A stretch of DNA of 64,000 nt from Diplonema japonicum (GCA_964019335.1 OZ025703.1:186001-250000); one strand, 5' to 3'. Shown: positions 34,360 to 47,422, numbered from the stretch's first letter. Numbers and translations are program-made. Notes: generated by a model from the letters alone, not told the origin.

Positions 34360-36423
34360 ATGGGTTCCGCAGGGAGCATTGCGGCCACCAGCGTCGTGTC
34401 TCTCACATCCTTCTATTTCGACATGAGGGTGAACCTCGATGGTGGAGGTAATTACGGGTGGCAGAGTCCCATCTACTGCGCGGCTTTCCCGAACGGAGCT
34501 GCCGGCATGAATCCCCAAGACCACACCAATGTGATTATGAACCCGACTCACGACGGGAGTGACAGCTACTTGATGCCGAGGATCACAAGGGATTCCAACA
34601 ACAATGCCATCAATCCTCAAGTCACTTACGAGGTGAAGTGCAGCATTGACCCTAAGAATGGTGACTGGTCTTACCTCAGCACTACTGTGATAACCCCTGC
34701 TGTTCCCACATCCGAGCTCACTCCTGCCCCACCAACTCTTTCGCCACCAACTCCTGCCCCCGCAACACCTGCTCCACCAACTCCTTTCCCAGCAACACCT
34801 GCTCCACCTACTCCTTTCCCAGCAACATCTGCCCCTTCAACACCTTTCCCACCAACACCTGCTCCACCAACTCCTTCACCACCAACTCCTGCCCCCGCAA
34901 CACTTGCCCCGGCAACACCTGAGCCGACGCTCTCGCCCGCCCCTGCAACACCTGAGCCTACACCTGCCCCTTCAACACCTTTCCCACCAACTCCTGCTCC
35001 ACCAACTCCTTCACCACCAACTCCTGCCCCCGCAACACTTACCCCGGCAACACCTGAGCCGACGCTCTCGCCCGCTCCTGCAACACCTGAGCCTACACCT
35101 GCCCCTTCAACACCTTTCCCACCAACTCCTGCTCCACCAACTCCTTCACCACCAACTCCTGCCCCCGCAACACTTGCCCCGGCAACACCTGAGCCGACGC
35201 TCTCGCCCGCCCCTGCAACACCTGAGCCTACACCTGCCCCTTCAACACCTTTCCCACCAACTCCTGCTCCACCAACTCCTTCACCACCAACTCCTGCTCC
35301 CGCAACACTTGCCCCGGCAACACCTGAGCCGACGCTCTCGCCCGCTCCTGCAACACCTGAGCCTACACCTGCCCCTTCAACACCTTTCCCACCAACACCT
35401 GCTCCACCAACTCCTTCACCACCAACTCCTGCTCCCGCAACACTTGCCCCCGCAACACCTGAGCCGACGCTCTCGCCCGCCCCTGCAACACCTGAGCCTA
35501 CACCTGCCCCTTCAACACCTTTCCCACGAACTCCTGCTCCACCGACTCCTTCACCACCAACTCCTGCTCCCGCAACACTTGCCCCGGCAACACCTGAGCC
35601 GACGCTCTCGCCCGCTCCTGCAACACCTGAGCCTACACCTGCCCCTTCAACACCTTTCCCACCAACACCTGCTCCACCAACTCCTTCACCACCAACTCCT
35701 GCTCCCGCAACACTTGCCCCGGCAACACCTGAGCCGACGCTCTCGCCCGCTCCTGCAACACCTGAGCCTACACCTGCCCCTTCAACACCTTTCCCACCAA
35801 CTCCTGCTCCACCGACTCCTTCACCACCAACTCCTGCCCCCGCAACACTTGCCCCGGCAACACCTGAGCCGACGCTCTCGCCCGCCCCTGCAACACCTGA
35901 GCCTACACCTGCCCCTTCAACACCTTTCCCACCAACTCCTGCTCCACCAACTCCTTCACCACCAACTCCTGCTCCCGCAACACTTGCCCCCGCAACACCT
36001 GAGCCGACGCTCTCGCCCGCCCCTGCAACACCTGAGCCTACACCTGCCCCTTCAACACCTTTCCCACCAACTCCTGCTCCACCGACTCCTTCACCACCAA
36101 CTCCTGCTCCCGCAACACTTGCCCCGGCAACACCTGAGCCGACGCTCTCGCCCGCTCCTGCAACACCTGAGCCTACACCTGCCCCTTCAACACCTTTCCC
36201 ACCAACTCCTGCTCCACCAACTCCTTCACCACCAACTCCTGCTCCCGCAACACTTGCCCCGGCAACACCTGAGCCGACGCTCTCGCCCGCTCCTGCAACA
36301 CCTGAGCCTACACCTGCCCCTTCAACACCTTTCCCACCAACTCCTGCTCCACCAACTCCTTCACCACCAACTCCTGCTCCCGCAACACTTGCCCCCGCAA
36401 CACCTGAGCCGACGGGGATTTGA
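34360..36423 (+). CDS. Array family type D (687 aa): FN3-like domain + ~11.7 x 45-aa Pro/Thr repeat
   Basis: 135-bp tandem repeat at ~34831-36413; ends PEPT-GI* using the polymerase stop codon and 3' flank. Confidence 0.85.
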   Translation: MGSAGSIAATSVVSLTSFYFDMRVNLDGGGNYGWQSPIYCAAFPNGAAGMNPQDHTNVIMNPTHDGSDSYLMPRITRDSNNNAINPQVTYEVKCSIDPKNGDWSYLSTTVITPAVPTSELTPAPPTLSPPTPAPATPAPPTPFPATPAPPTPFPATSAPSTPFPPTPAPPTPSPPTPAPATLAPATPEPTLSPAPATPEPTPAPSTPFPPTPAPPTPSPPTPAPATLTPATPEPTLSPAPATPEPTPAPSTPFPPTPAPPTPSPPTPAPATLAPATPEPTLSPAPATPEPTPAPSTPFPPTPAPPTPSPPTPAPATLAPATPEPTLSPAPATPEPTPAPSTPFPPTPAPPTPSPPTPAPATLAPATPEPTLSPAPATPEPTPAPSTPFPRTPAPPTPSPPTPAPATLAPATPEPTLSPAPATPEPTPAPSTPFPPTPAPPTPSPPTPAPATLAPATPEPTLSPAPATPEPTPAPSTPFPPTPAPPTPSPPTPAPATLAPATPEPTLSPAPATPEPTPAPSTPFPPTPAPPTPSPPTPAPATLAPATPEPTLSPAPATPEPTPAPSTPFPPTPAPPTPSPPTPAPATLAPATPEPTLSPAPATPEPTPAPSTPFPPTPAPPTPSPPTPAPATLAPATPEPTLSPAPATPEPTPAPSTPFPPTPAPPTPSPPTPAPATLAPATPEPTGI

Positions 36424-36935
36424 AAGACGAAAGCTGTGTCAATTGGATACAGGGGGGAAAAAGGGGGTTTCTTTTTTTGAGGCGTCCTGTCACATACTGC
36501 AGGTACCCTTAAATGTCTCTTTTTTTTTTTTCTTTTCTTCTTTTTTATTTTATCTCATGCTCTGGAAAAAAAAGTTAAAACCCCCTCAAAAACTGATTCC
36601 TGAAACGTACGTTAATTCATTTTTTTCTCTCATCTTTATTTTCTATTTTCTCTAATTATTTTTCTTTTATATTCCTCTCTTTTCCCAAAGTGAATATCTC
36701 CCTTGAACGGTGAGCACTCAACCGCACATCAAAATTTATCAAATTTTCTCTCCTAGCTTCATCTTTTTTTTTTTCCTGTCACATACTGCAGGTTCCGTTC
36801 AAAGACATCTTTTTTATCTCATCTAAAAAAAAGAAGTTAAAAACCCCCCCCCCCCATGGCCTCCTTTTTTTTTTTTTTTTTTTTTTTTTATACTGGAACT
36901 AAGACCACAATAACAGATACCTTAAACACACATAT

Positions 36936-37769
36936 AGTCGCCTCTCCACTATTTGTCACAAAATACTGCCCACAAATTTCATATCTCTTTAAGTGTAAAA
37001 AATCAAAAGCGATGCCTGGATTTGCTCCAGAAGTGGAATAAAATTTTGAATAAGAAAATCATGGCTAGGTGCTGTCATTTTTTTTTTACTTTCTTTAATT
37101 AAACCCCGAAAATTAAGCATGATTTACACTACTTTTCCCTTTAATTCCATGTCGAAGTTGTGCAAACTGTGTTCAGACGCCACAGCTTCCCTCAGGCCAT
37201 GCAGTCGAAGCTGTTGGGGTCACACACTGTGAAGTCGTGCCCTTCAAGGGTAATGACTTCAGAGCAGTCGGCGCAGCCGATACGGCGCATAGCGGCGTTG
37301 TGCTTCTAAGAAGTATCGGGTTTGGGTGTGGTCTTGCACCAGCACCTCGGTGTCTGTGGACACTGCCTGATATGTCTCGGGTGTTTCTTCAGGAAGGTGG
37401 AGTAGCCAACTACATCAGCACCCGAGCCCAGGTACTGTACGTGGAACTCATGAAAAGTGCCTTTGGCGTAACGCAGCTCAATGCGTTGATCACTTCCGGG
37501 AGAAACACGAATTGTTCTGTGACTTTGATGCAGAATCGATTCATTTTGCCACCAAGTCGCAATAGCGCAGGCTATGCCTGCCGACAATGCATCAGAACGT
37601 GTTTTCCTTGCGGGGGACTCTCGTGTTCTGTAACACAAACGCTTGTCACTGAAGGAAAAGAACTTGACCGATGTCATTCGGGTCGACATCCTTGTCGTTG
37701 TAAGCCCGTCTCTTGCGCTTCAGGGTGGGGGCTCTAAACTCCTCCTCGTCTTCGGCTTCCTCTTCCTCC
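36936..37769 (-). mobile_element. Copy of the transposon fragment at 15411
   Basis: Near-identical; carries 51 bp absent from the first copy; right end joined to a type B leader. Confidence 0.55.
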
Positions 37770-37843
37770 AAGTACTGCAACTAAGATAACAACAACAACA
37801 ACAACAGATTCCTTAAACACATATACAAAAAAAAGAAAAAGAA

Positions 37844-38713
37844 ATGGGTTCCGCAGGAAGCATTGCGGCCGTCATCGACGTGTCCATCACAGCCTTCTAC
37901 TTGGACATGAGGGTGAACCTCAACGGCGGCAGCGGGTGGGATAGTCCCATCTACTGTGCGGCTTTCCCGAACGGAGCTGCCGGCATGAATCCCCAAGACC
38001 ACACCAATGTGATTATGAACCCGACTCACGACGGGAGTGGCAGCTACTTGATGCCGAGGATCACAAGGGATGCCAACAACAACACCATTGGTCCTCAAGT
38101 CACTTACGAGGTGAAGTGCAGCATTAACCCTAAGTATGGTGACTGGTCTTACCTCAGCACTACTGTGATAACCCCTGCTGCTCCGACACCGGCTCTCACC
38201 CTTGCTCCCTGTGTGACTGGAGTAAAGCTGAACGGGGTCCCCGTGACTCAGATCGACATGGACGGACAGGAGACCCTTGACCTCGGGGGGAAGACCTGGT
38301 CGCACTTCCCGAACCACATGAACGGGATGCACGCCTACTCCCTCCCGTACCCTGTTCCCGCAACAACCAAGATCGAGATGACCTGCTGCGGTGGGGAGGA
38401 GTGTGTGTTCTTCGTGGCTCTGTACAACTGTACAGCGTGCCTCAAACCCAGGCCCGTTGGCCTCGCCGAGACCCTCGTCCTGGACGGGTGGGACAGTGGT
38501 GCATGCTCCCCCAGGTTCGAGGGGGACTTCAAGACCACCGCCTTCCGCAAGGGTGTTGACGCTGTGAAACAAGACGTTGTCCTCACCTACACCGCACCCC
38601 ACGAGGAGATCATGCAGGTGTTCGGGTTGGAGGGGGCTGTTCAGAACCCGTGGTGTGTGAAGCCTGTGGCTCCTGGTGGTGCTGGGTGCGGTGGGAAGTG
38701 CCCTGTCTTCTAA
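37844..38713 (+). CDS. Array family type B (289 aa)
   Basis: Protein identical to the other B copies. Confidence 0.9.
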   Translation: MGSAGSIAAVIDVSITAFYLDMRVNLNGGSGWDSPIYCAAFPNGAAGMNPQDHTNVIMNPTHDGSGSYLMPRITRDANNNTIGPQVTYEVKCSINPKYGDWSYLSTTVITPAAPTPALTLAPCVTGVKLNGVPVTQIDMDGQETLDLGGKTWSHFPNHMNGMHAYSLPYPVPATTKIEMTCCGGEECVFFVALYNCTACLKPRPVGLAETLVLDGWDSGACSPRFEGDFKTTAFRKGVDAVKQDVVLTYTAPHEEIMQVFGLEGAVQNPWCVKPVAPGGAGCGGKCPVF

Positions 38714-40161
38714 GACCTTTTTTGACACCTTTCTTTTATTGCGAGGGGCTTGTCCTGTACTTTGAGATTTATTTAATTTGAACAGTTATTTGTTTCCCCC
38801 CCCTCCCTGGTGGTCGTTGAAAACATCGGAGGGGTTCCTTTTTTTTTGTTTTATCCAAATGCCGAGTAAGGATTTACTTATTCGAGTTTTTTTTGCTCTA
38901 CTCGAGCGAAGAACCTTTTAACATCTGATGACCCTGTGCACACTGATTGAAGGCACAAAGATACAGGGGTGAACAAGTAACGGGAAAACCCAAATACGAA
39001 GAGACAAGATAAGAGGAAGATAAAGCACACCACTTATTATTATTATTATTATTATTATTTTTCTCCCCATGATGGCTAACGTGGCAGAAGTCATTGTTAG
39101 CCTCCAGCACCTTTCGCCGGGTAGCTGTGAAGGAAAAAGAATGGGGGTTTTTCTTGATCTTCTCTTTATTATTTGTGGGAATACCTTTACCCTGCTTTCC
39201 TCTTGTTGTGTTGGCCTTTTTATTTTTCCTTCTCCTTTTTTTTTTAATACCCTTTTTACACTGTCAACCTTATCAAGTTAAGGTTTTCAAATTACAACTC
39301 TCCCCCTCCCTCCGCTTTTCACGAAATCTTGGTTTTCATGTGTTTCTCTTTCATTCTCTGTCCTCCTTTGTAGCCGAGTGATAAAGGGGTCACTACTGAT
39401 GATGAACTTTTTAAAGCAACAAGCAACCATGAAGCGTCCTTTGTCGCGAGTATTGGGTGGTAGGTCGCCCGGTAAACTAGCTGCCGAATACTCTTGAGGT
39501 CGTTTTTTTTTTGTTTCTTCGTTTGTTTGCTTGATAGGTTCCCATTGCTTGAGCAACAAACTAAGAAAGAACAGAGAGTGGGAGGGGGAAACACACAACA
39601 AAAGGAAAACAAGAACTCTCGCTCCCTAAACATATGCTCATTTATGTGTTTTTTTTTTTTTTTTATTAATTATCCTCTCCCTCCCTTTCTATTCTTCTTT
39701 TTTTAAAATGTTTTTATTTAATTCTGAGCAGCTCGCTCCGTGGAAAAAGTGAGGGAATAGAAATAATGAGATGGTCGAGAATGAGATGGTGTGCTTCTGA
39801 ACGTTGAGTGCTCTGGCCGTCAAGCTCCTCCGTTAACCACATACTCAGTCGCTGGGAGCCAAATTTCCTAGAGCTAAAATATTTTTGCCGCCTTCTGCAG
39901 GTGACAACGCGCGTGCACAAACAAATAGATTTTCTTTTTTGAGAATCCGCTCCTGTTTTTTCTGTTGGCAATGAAAACAAAGAAAAAAAGAAATACCTCG
40001 TCCCTTGGCTTTTGGAAATTGTCTTGGAAATAGCCTTTAGCCAGATTCCCCATGGCGTCAACCACGCACCCTAGGGGGGAGAGTGGGGAAAGAAATACTG
40101 CAACAAAGACAACAACAACAGATTCCTTAAACACACATATACAAAAAAGAAAAAGAAAAAA

Positions 40162-41160
40162 ATGGGTTCCGCAGGAAGCATTGCGGCCGTCATTGACGTG
40201 TCCATCACAGCCTTCTACTTGGACATGAGGGTGAACCTCGATGGTGGCAGCGGGTGGGAGAGTCCCATCTACTGTGGGGCTTTCCCGAACGGAGCTGGCA
40301 GCAGGAAACCCCAAGACTACACCAGTGTGACTAGACATCCGACTCACGACGGGAGTGGCAGCTACTTCATGCCGAGGATCACAAGGGATGCCTACAACAA
40401 TGCCATCAGTCCTCATGTCACTTACGAGGTGAAGTGCAGCATTGACCCCGATTGGGGTAGCTGGTCTTACCTCAGCACGACTGTGAGGACCCCTGCTGCT
40501 CCGACACCGGCTCCCACCCCTGTCCCCACTCCTGCTCCCACACCCGAGCCCACTCCTGCCCCTACACCTGAGCCCACTCCTGCTCCCACACCTGAGCCGA
40601 CTCCTGTCCCGACCCCTGCCCCCACACCTGTCCCCACCCCTGCTCCCTGTGTGACTGGGGTGAAGCTGAACGGGGTCCCTGTGACTGAGATCGACATGGA
40701 CGGACAGGAGACCCTTGACCTCGGGGGGAAGACCTGGTCGCACTTCCCGAACTCCATGAACGGGATGCACGCCTACTCCCTCCCGTACCCTGTTCCCGCA
40801 ACAACTGAGATCGAGATGACCTGCTGCGGTGGGGAGGAGTGCGTGTTCTTCATGGCCCTGTACAACTGTGCGGCGTGCCTCGGACCCAGGCCTGCTGGCC
40901 TCGCCGAGACCCTCGTCCTGGACGGGTGGGACAGTGGTGCATGCTCCCCCAGGTTCGAGGGGGACTTCAAGACCACCGCCTTCCGCAAGGGTGTTGACGC
41001 TGTGAACCAGGACGTTGTCCTCACCTACACCGCACCCCACGAGGAGATCATGCAGGTGTTCGGGTTGGAGGGGGCTGTTCAGAACCCGTGGTGTGTGAGG
41101 CCCCATGGCCCTGTGGCTCCTGGTGGAGCTGGGTGCGGTGGGAAGTGCCCTGTTATCTAA
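40162..41160 (+). CDS. Array family type A (332 aa), variant A3'
   Basis: As 22953-23951 except AVQNP (the B-type residue). Confidence 0.9.
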   Translation: MGSAGSIAAVIDVSITAFYLDMRVNLDGGSGWESPIYCGAFPNGAGSRKPQDYTSVTRHPTHDGSGSYFMPRITRDAYNNAISPHVTYEVKCSIDPDWGSWSYLSTTVRTPAAPTPAPTPVPTPAPTPEPTPAPTPEPTPAPTPEPTPVPTPAPTPVPTPAPCVTGVKLNGVPVTEIDMDGQETLDLGGKTWSHFPNSMNGMHAYSLPYPVPATTEIEMTCCGGEECVFFMALYNCAACLGPRPAGLAETLVLDGWDSGACSPRFEGDFKTTAFRKGVDAVNQDVVLTYTAPHEEIMQVFGLEGAVQNPWCVRPHGPVAPGGAGCGGKCPVI

Positions 41161-42936
41161 GATCCTTCATGACCTTTCTTTTATTTAACTTGAATAGTTA
41201 TTTGTTTCCCTTCCCTCGCTGGTGGGTAGTTGTGAGCACTTCTCCCTATCATCGAAAAGATTACTTTTTTTTTTTTGTTTTATCCAAATGCCGAGTAAGG
41301 ATTTACTTCAGCTTTTTTGCCACCCCCCCTACTCGAGCGAAAAACCTTTTGACATCGATTTTAACATCTGATGACCTGTGCACACTGATTAAAGGCACGA
41401 CAGGTGTGAAAAAGTAACGGCAAACCCAGATACGAAGAAATGCAGATACCACCACTTATTCTTTTCGGTGAGCGCAATCGTGCAGACCTTAAAAGAATAT
41501 TTTTTTTTTCCTTTTTTTTTCCCATGATGGCTAACGTGGCAGAAGTTATTGTTAGCCTCCAGCACCTTTCGCCGGGTAGCTGTGAAAGGAAAAAATGTGG
41601 GTTTTCTTGTTCTCCTCTTTCGTATTTGTGGGAATACCTTTACCCTGCTTTCCTCCTGTTTTCTCCCTTCTCATTGTTTGCCTTTTTCTTCTTCTTTAAC
41701 AACACTGTCAACCTTATCAAGGTTTTCAACTCTCCACCCCCACCCCCAAAGAATAATGGCTCAACTGTAATAACAAGAGCTAGTTCTTAGGTCACATTTT
41801 TCCCCCCCTCCCCCCGCTTTTCACGAAATCTTGTTTTCATGTCTTTCTCTTTCTTTCTCTGTCTTCCTTAGTAGCCGAGTGATAAAGGGGTCACTGATGA
41901 TGAACTTTTTAAAGCAACAAGTCAACTTTTTTAAACATGAACAGTGAGCACCCCCCCCCCCCCCCCCCCCCATGCACACTGAAATTTTATCGATTTTTTT
42001 TTTGTTTCTTCGTTTGTTTGCTTGATAGGTTCCCATTGCTTGAGCATCAAACTAAGAAAGAACAGAGAGTGGGAAGGCATAACAAAAAGAAGGGGGGGGG
42101 GGGGGGGGGGGGAGAGAGAGAGAGAAAACAATTTTCTGCAAGGGATTCACTCCCCTCTCTCTCCCTAAACAGACGTACATTTGTGTTTTTTTTTCCCTCC
42201 CTTTCTTTTCTTCTTTTAAAATGTTTTTTTTTTCTTCTAGTTTTTCGCTGATGTAACTCAAAAGGGAAAAAAAAAAAGTGAGAGAAGGGAATAGAAAATA
42301 GGGAGATGGTCGATGTGCTTCTGAACGTTGAGTACTCTGGCCCTCCTCCAGTAACTTTAACGAAGTACCACATACTCAGTCGCTGGGAGCCAAAACTCCT
42401 GTAGCCCGCAGATGCTTCACTGGCTATTCCCACGCTGAAATATTTTGGCCATTTATCCCTGCAGGTGACAACGCTTGCACAAACAATAGCTATTTATTGC
42501 CAACAAATAATGAGTCATTATTTAACTCGAGTTCTCGAATTTTTTGCACGGGGGCCCTGCGGGCAAGTAGGTACGTTGAGTGTTAAATAATGGCTCATTT
42601 GGCGGTAAAGTAAGTCGTTTTATTTCACTCTTCGTCATTTGAGTCACTCACTCTTCACTGCTTTCACTGCTGTTTTTTCCCACGCAGGGTCAGCTTTTTG
42701 GGGATTTTCCTAAGGTAATACGGGGTAGCTATTTCGCCGTGGCATTTTAAAGGGAAGTAAAGCACATATTCCCACTTTTAACGGCCGGAATGGCCTCAGA
42801 TGGCCAGAAATGGTCAAAATACTCCCAAGATTTTCTTCAAGGGGTTGGGTGCATTTTTTTTTTTTTTTTTTTTTTGCGACCCATTTTTTCACTCTGAAGC
42901 GACATTATTAAACTGCAAAATCTCATTATTTAACTA

Positions 42937-43407
42937 CTGTAAAACGAAAAACTCCCGGACGGAAAAATGTCCGAGTTTTTTTGGCGTCCGGGAATTTTTC
43001 CGTCCGGGAGTTTTTCCGTCCGGGAATTTTTTTTAGGTAAGGCCGTCAGGGGGCCTGGTCCACTACCACCTACATACTGGCCAGGGCTGCAAACGGCAAC
43101 CGCGCGAAGAAACCCCCAGGGTTCCCTTTCTGCATCTTTGTCCTCCCTTGCTGCCCCTGAGGCAATTAAGCTTGTCGAGCCTTCGTGTGGCCTACTACCT
43201 TTCTTAATAGATGCTTTACAGCTGCGTTCAACCCAATATCCATCGGTTGAACCATGTAGGTGAGCCCAGGGGGACAAAAGCAATGTGCACGTTTGCGCCT
43301 GCGAACAACTAGCAGCAGAATTCGGCAAAACCATGGGAATCGATGATTTATAGCAAAAAGGAAGAAACAGCTCCGTAACCCAGATACCAAGTATCATAAT
43401 TAGCCCA
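42937..43407 (-). mobile_element. pogo/Tigger-like fragment (duplicate)
   Basis: Copy of 25730-26200. Confidence 0.75.
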
Positions 43408-43953
43408 ATGATTGGGCGATGCCGTTAGGCTCCATTCGATGGGCGGGTGCTTGACGGGGCACGGATAATCCCTGCCGGTTGCGTTTCCGCTTTGCCCCTG
43501 TATTTAAGTTGCGGTGCAACCCATCCAGCCAAGGAAACAGCCAGCTCAACCCACCAAAGTCTACCAGGTTTGTCTTTCGGGCTGGATTGGCGCGCAGCAG
43601 CCCTTCTGCATAGGTGCATATTTGTTGTGCTGGGATAGGCTCGCCAAGCCCGTTTTACCTATCGACTCAAGCAAAAACCTTTCAGCCCCCGAAGGATGCT
43701 AAATCCCGTATTGGGCGATACGCAGCTATCACGGCGTTGCGGCGGCCAGGGTGTGGTAGGGTGGAATAGCAACGTCCAGTATTTCCGTCTGGAAGAAACC
43801 GGGGGCTCTGTGTCGGGGGTTTGTACTTTCTACGGGACCACAGGGGACTTGGGAGGCTTCGGGGCGAAGTTTCACAAGGGTGGCCGCTGTGTCACATACT
43901 GCATGGCACCACTAAAATCGAGACAACTTTTTTTTTTTTTTTTTTTTTTTTTT

Positions 43954-44413
43954 GATCCTGGAGTTCCACTTGAAGAGCGTCCTCAAATGGCTAAGAGGCC
44001 TGCGATGGTACGTAGGTAAGAGCATGACTTCCATCACAACGATGGAGCTCGCGATTGACTATGAGCAGACCACCCGCCGGTCACTCATAGGCCCGCTTGA
44101 CGACCAGGACTTCCTCACGGAGGAGGCCAATAGAATGCGAGATCTCTTGAGTCGCATCCAGAAGAGTGCAGAGAAAGGGGGGCGCAATGCTTTCCCTGCC
44201 AAAGCTAAGTCGAGGGTGCACACCTTGCGAGATATGGGGGGCCCGACGGCACACGGGTACAACAGGAGACCACTCTTCTCCTCGAGCCAAACAGCCCCTT
44301 ACCTAGCACGACTCCATGTAATGTTCCTCGCCCAGATACCGTCCATCTCATCGTGACAAACAGCCACCGCAGGCACCAGACAGCAACCGCAGAACGGTGA
44401 CCGATTAGTGTGA
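43954..44413 (+). mobile_element. Non-LTR 3' fragment, second family (duplicate)
   Basis: Copy of 26747-27206. Confidence 0.8.
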
Positions 44414-44719
44414 ATTTCTATTTGAACAGTGAGCACCCCCATGCACACTGAAACTTTATCGAATTTTTGAGAATCCGCTCCTGTTTTTTCTGTTGGCAAT
44501 GAAAACAGAGAGAATAAAATATCTCGTCCCTTGGCTTTTGGAAATTGTCTTGGAAACAGCCTTTCCCAAATTCCCCATGGCGTCAACCACGCGCCCCCCC
44601 CCCCCCCCCCCCCCCCCGGGGGAGAGAAGAAAAGAATGTGGGGAAAAGTACTGCAACTAAGATAACAACAACAACAACAACAGATTCCTTAAACACATAT
44701 ACAAAAAAAAGAAAAAGAA

Positions 44720-45589
44720 ATGGGTTCCGCAGGAAGCATTGCGGCCGTCATCGACGTGTCCATCACAGCCTTCTACTTGGACATGAGGGTGAACCTCAAC
44801 GGCGGCAGCGGGTGGGATAGTCCCATCTACTGCGCGGCTTTCCCGAACGGAGCTGCCGGCATGAATCCCCAAGACCACACCAATGTGATTATGAACCCGA
44901 CTCACGACGGGAGTGGCAGCTACTTGATGCCGAGGATCACAAGGGATGCCAACAACAACACCATTGGTCCTCAAGTCACTTACGAGGTGAAGTGCAGCAT
45001 TAACCCTAAGTATGGTGACTGGTCTTACCTCAGCACTACTGTGATAACCCCTGCTGCTCCGACACCGGCTCTCACCCTTGCTCCCTGTGTGACTGGAGTA
45101 AAGCTGAACGGGGTCCCCGTGACTCAGATCGACATGGACGGACAGGAGACCCTTGACCTCGGGGGGAAGACCTGGTCGCACTTCCCGAACCACATGAACG
45201 GGATGCACGCCTACTCCCTCCCGTACCCTGTTCCCGCAACAACCAAGATCGAGATGACCTGCTGCGGTGGGGAGGAGTGTGTGTTCTTCGTGGCTCTGTA
45301 CAACTGTACAGCGTGCCTCAAACCCAGGCCCGTTGGCCTCGCCGAGACCCTCGTCCTGGACGGGTGGGACAGTGGTGCATGCTCCCCCAGGTTCGAGGGG
45401 GACTTCAAGACCACCGCCTTCCGCAAGGGTGTTGACGCTGTGAAACAAGACGTTGTCCTCACCTACACCGCACCCCACGAGGAGATCATGCAGGTGTTCG
45501 GGTTGGAGGGGGCTGTTCAGAACCCGTGGTGTGTGAAGCCTGTGGCTCCTGGTGGTGCTGGGTGCGGTGGGAAGTGCCCTGTCTTCTAA
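44720..45589 (+). CDS. Array family type B (289 aa)
   Basis: Protein identical to the other B copies. Confidence 0.9.
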   Translation: MGSAGSIAAVIDVSITAFYLDMRVNLNGGSGWDSPIYCAAFPNGAAGMNPQDHTNVIMNPTHDGSGSYLMPRITRDANNNTIGPQVTYEVKCSINPKYGDWSYLSTTVITPAAPTPALTLAPCVTGVKLNGVPVTQIDMDGQETLDLGGKTWSHFPNHMNGMHAYSLPYPVPATTKIEMTCCGGEECVFFVALYNCTACLKPRPVGLAETLVLDGWDSGACSPRFEGDFKTTAFRKGVDAVKQDVVLTYTAPHEEIMQVFGLEGAVQNPWCVKPVAPGGAGCGGKCPVF

Positions 45590-46783
45590 GACCTTTTTTG
45601 ACACCTTTCTTTTATTGCGAGGGGCTTGTCCTGTACTTTGAGATTTATTTAATTTGAACAGTTATTTGTTTCCCCCCCCTCCCTGGTGGTCGTTGAAAAC
45701 ATCGGAGGGGTTCCTTTTTTTTTGTTTTATCCAAATGCCGAGTAAGGATTTACTTATTCGAGTTTTTTTTGCTCTACTCGAGCGAAGAACCTTTTAACAT
45801 CTGATGACCCTGTGCACACTGATTGAAGGCACAAAGATACAGGGGTGAACAAGTAACGGGAAAACCCAAATACGAAGAGACAAGATAAGAGGAAGATAAA
45901 GCACACCACTTATTATTATTATTATTATTATTATTTTTCTCCCCATGATGGCTAACGTGGCAGAAGTCATTGTTAGCCTCCAGCACCTTTCGCCGGGTAG
46001 CTGTGAAGGAAAAAGAATGGGGGTTTTTCTTGATCTTCTCTTTATTATTTGTGGGAATACCTTTACCCTGCTTTCCTCTTGTTGTGTTGGCCTTTTTATT
46101 TTTCCTTCTCCTTTTTTTTTTAATACCCTTTTTACACTGTCAACCTTATCAAGTTAAGGTTTTCAAATTACAACTCTCCCCCTCCCTCCGCTTTTCACGA
46201 AATCTTGGTTTTCATGTGTTTCTCTTTCATTCTCTGTCCTCCTTTGTAGCCGAGTGATAAAGGGGTCACTACTGATGACGAACTTTTTAAAGCAACAAGC
46301 AACCATGAAGCGTCCTTTGTCGCGAGTATTGGGTGGTAGGTCGCCCGGTAAACTAGCTGCCGAATACTCTTGAGGTCGTTTTTTTGTATCTTCGTTTGTT
46401 TGCTTGATAGGTTCCCATTGCTTGAGCAACAAACTAAGAAAGAACAGTGGGAGGGAGAAACACACAACAAAAAGAAAACAAGATACAAAGAAGAGCGGAA
46501 AAAAAAAGATCTCTCTCTCCCTAAACATATGCACTTTTATGTTTTTTTTATTTTTTTTATTTATATTATTTATCTTATAGTTCAAAAATTTCTTCACTCC
46601 TAACCCCCCCTATAATCGAGAAATAGCCTTTCCCAAATTCCCCATGGCGTCAACCACGCCCCCCCCCCCCCCCCCCCCCGGGGGAGAGAAGAAAAGAATG
46701 TGGGGAAAAGTACTGCAACTAAGATAACAACAACAACAACAACAGATTCCTTAAACACACATAAACAAAAAAAAAAAGAAGAA

Positions 46784-47422
46784 ATGGGTTCCGCAGGGAG
46801 CATTGCGGCCACCAGCGTCGTGTCTCTCACATCCTTCTATTTCGACATGAGGGTGAACCTCGATGGTGGAGGTAATTACGGGTGGCAGAGTCCCATCTAC
46901 TGCGCGGCTTTCCCGAACGGAGCTGCCGGCATGAATCCCCAAGACCACACCAATGTGATTATGAACCCGACTCACGACGGGAGTGACAGCTACTTGATGC
47001 CGAGGATCACAAGGGATTCCAACAACAATGCCATCAATCCTCAAGTCACTTACGAGGTGAAGTGCAGCATTGACCCTAAGAATGGTGACTGGTCTTACCT
47101 CAGCACTACTGTGATAACCCCTGCTGTTCCCACATCCGAGCTCACTCCTGCCCCACCAACTCTTTCGCCACCAACTCCTGCCCCCGCAACACCTGCTCCA
47201 CCAACTCCTTCACCACCAACACCTGCTCCACCTACTCCTTTCCCAGCAACACCTGCCCCTTCAACACCTTTCCCACCAACACCTGCTCCACCAACTCCTT
47301 CGCCACCAACTCCTGCTCCCGCAACACTTGCCCCCACAACACCTGAGCCGACCCCTGTACCTGAGACCGAACTTGTCCCGTCAGACAACGGGGAACCAGC
47401 TGCTTCTTGGAATGGGATTTGA
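46784..47422 (+). CDS. Array family type C, short (212 aa)
   Basis: Copy of 29626-30264. Confidence 0.82.
   Translation: MGSAGSIAATSVVSLTSFYFDMRVNLDGGGNYGWQSPIYCAAFPNGAAGMNPQDHTNVIMNPTHDGSDSYLMPRITRDSNNNAINPQVTYEVKCSIDPKNGDWSYLSTTVITPAVPTSELTPAPPTLSPPTPAPATPAPPTPSPPTPAPPTPFPATPAPSTPFPPTPAPPTPSPPTPAPATLAPTTPEPTPVPETELVPSDNGEPAASWNGI

Larger units (their letters stand above)
20635..37843 (+). repeat. ~17.1-17.2-kb tandem segmental duplication, unit 1
   Basis: Every gene and TE fragment recurs at offsets 17209, 17207, 17158, 17147 or 17010. Confidence 0.92.

Noticed and set aside
34904-36655. Gln/His/Leu-rich 583-aa ORF (also the 512-aa copy and the G/V/A-rich 13087-14961 ORF)
   Set aside because: Alternative frames of the Pro/Thr repeats, with no independent support
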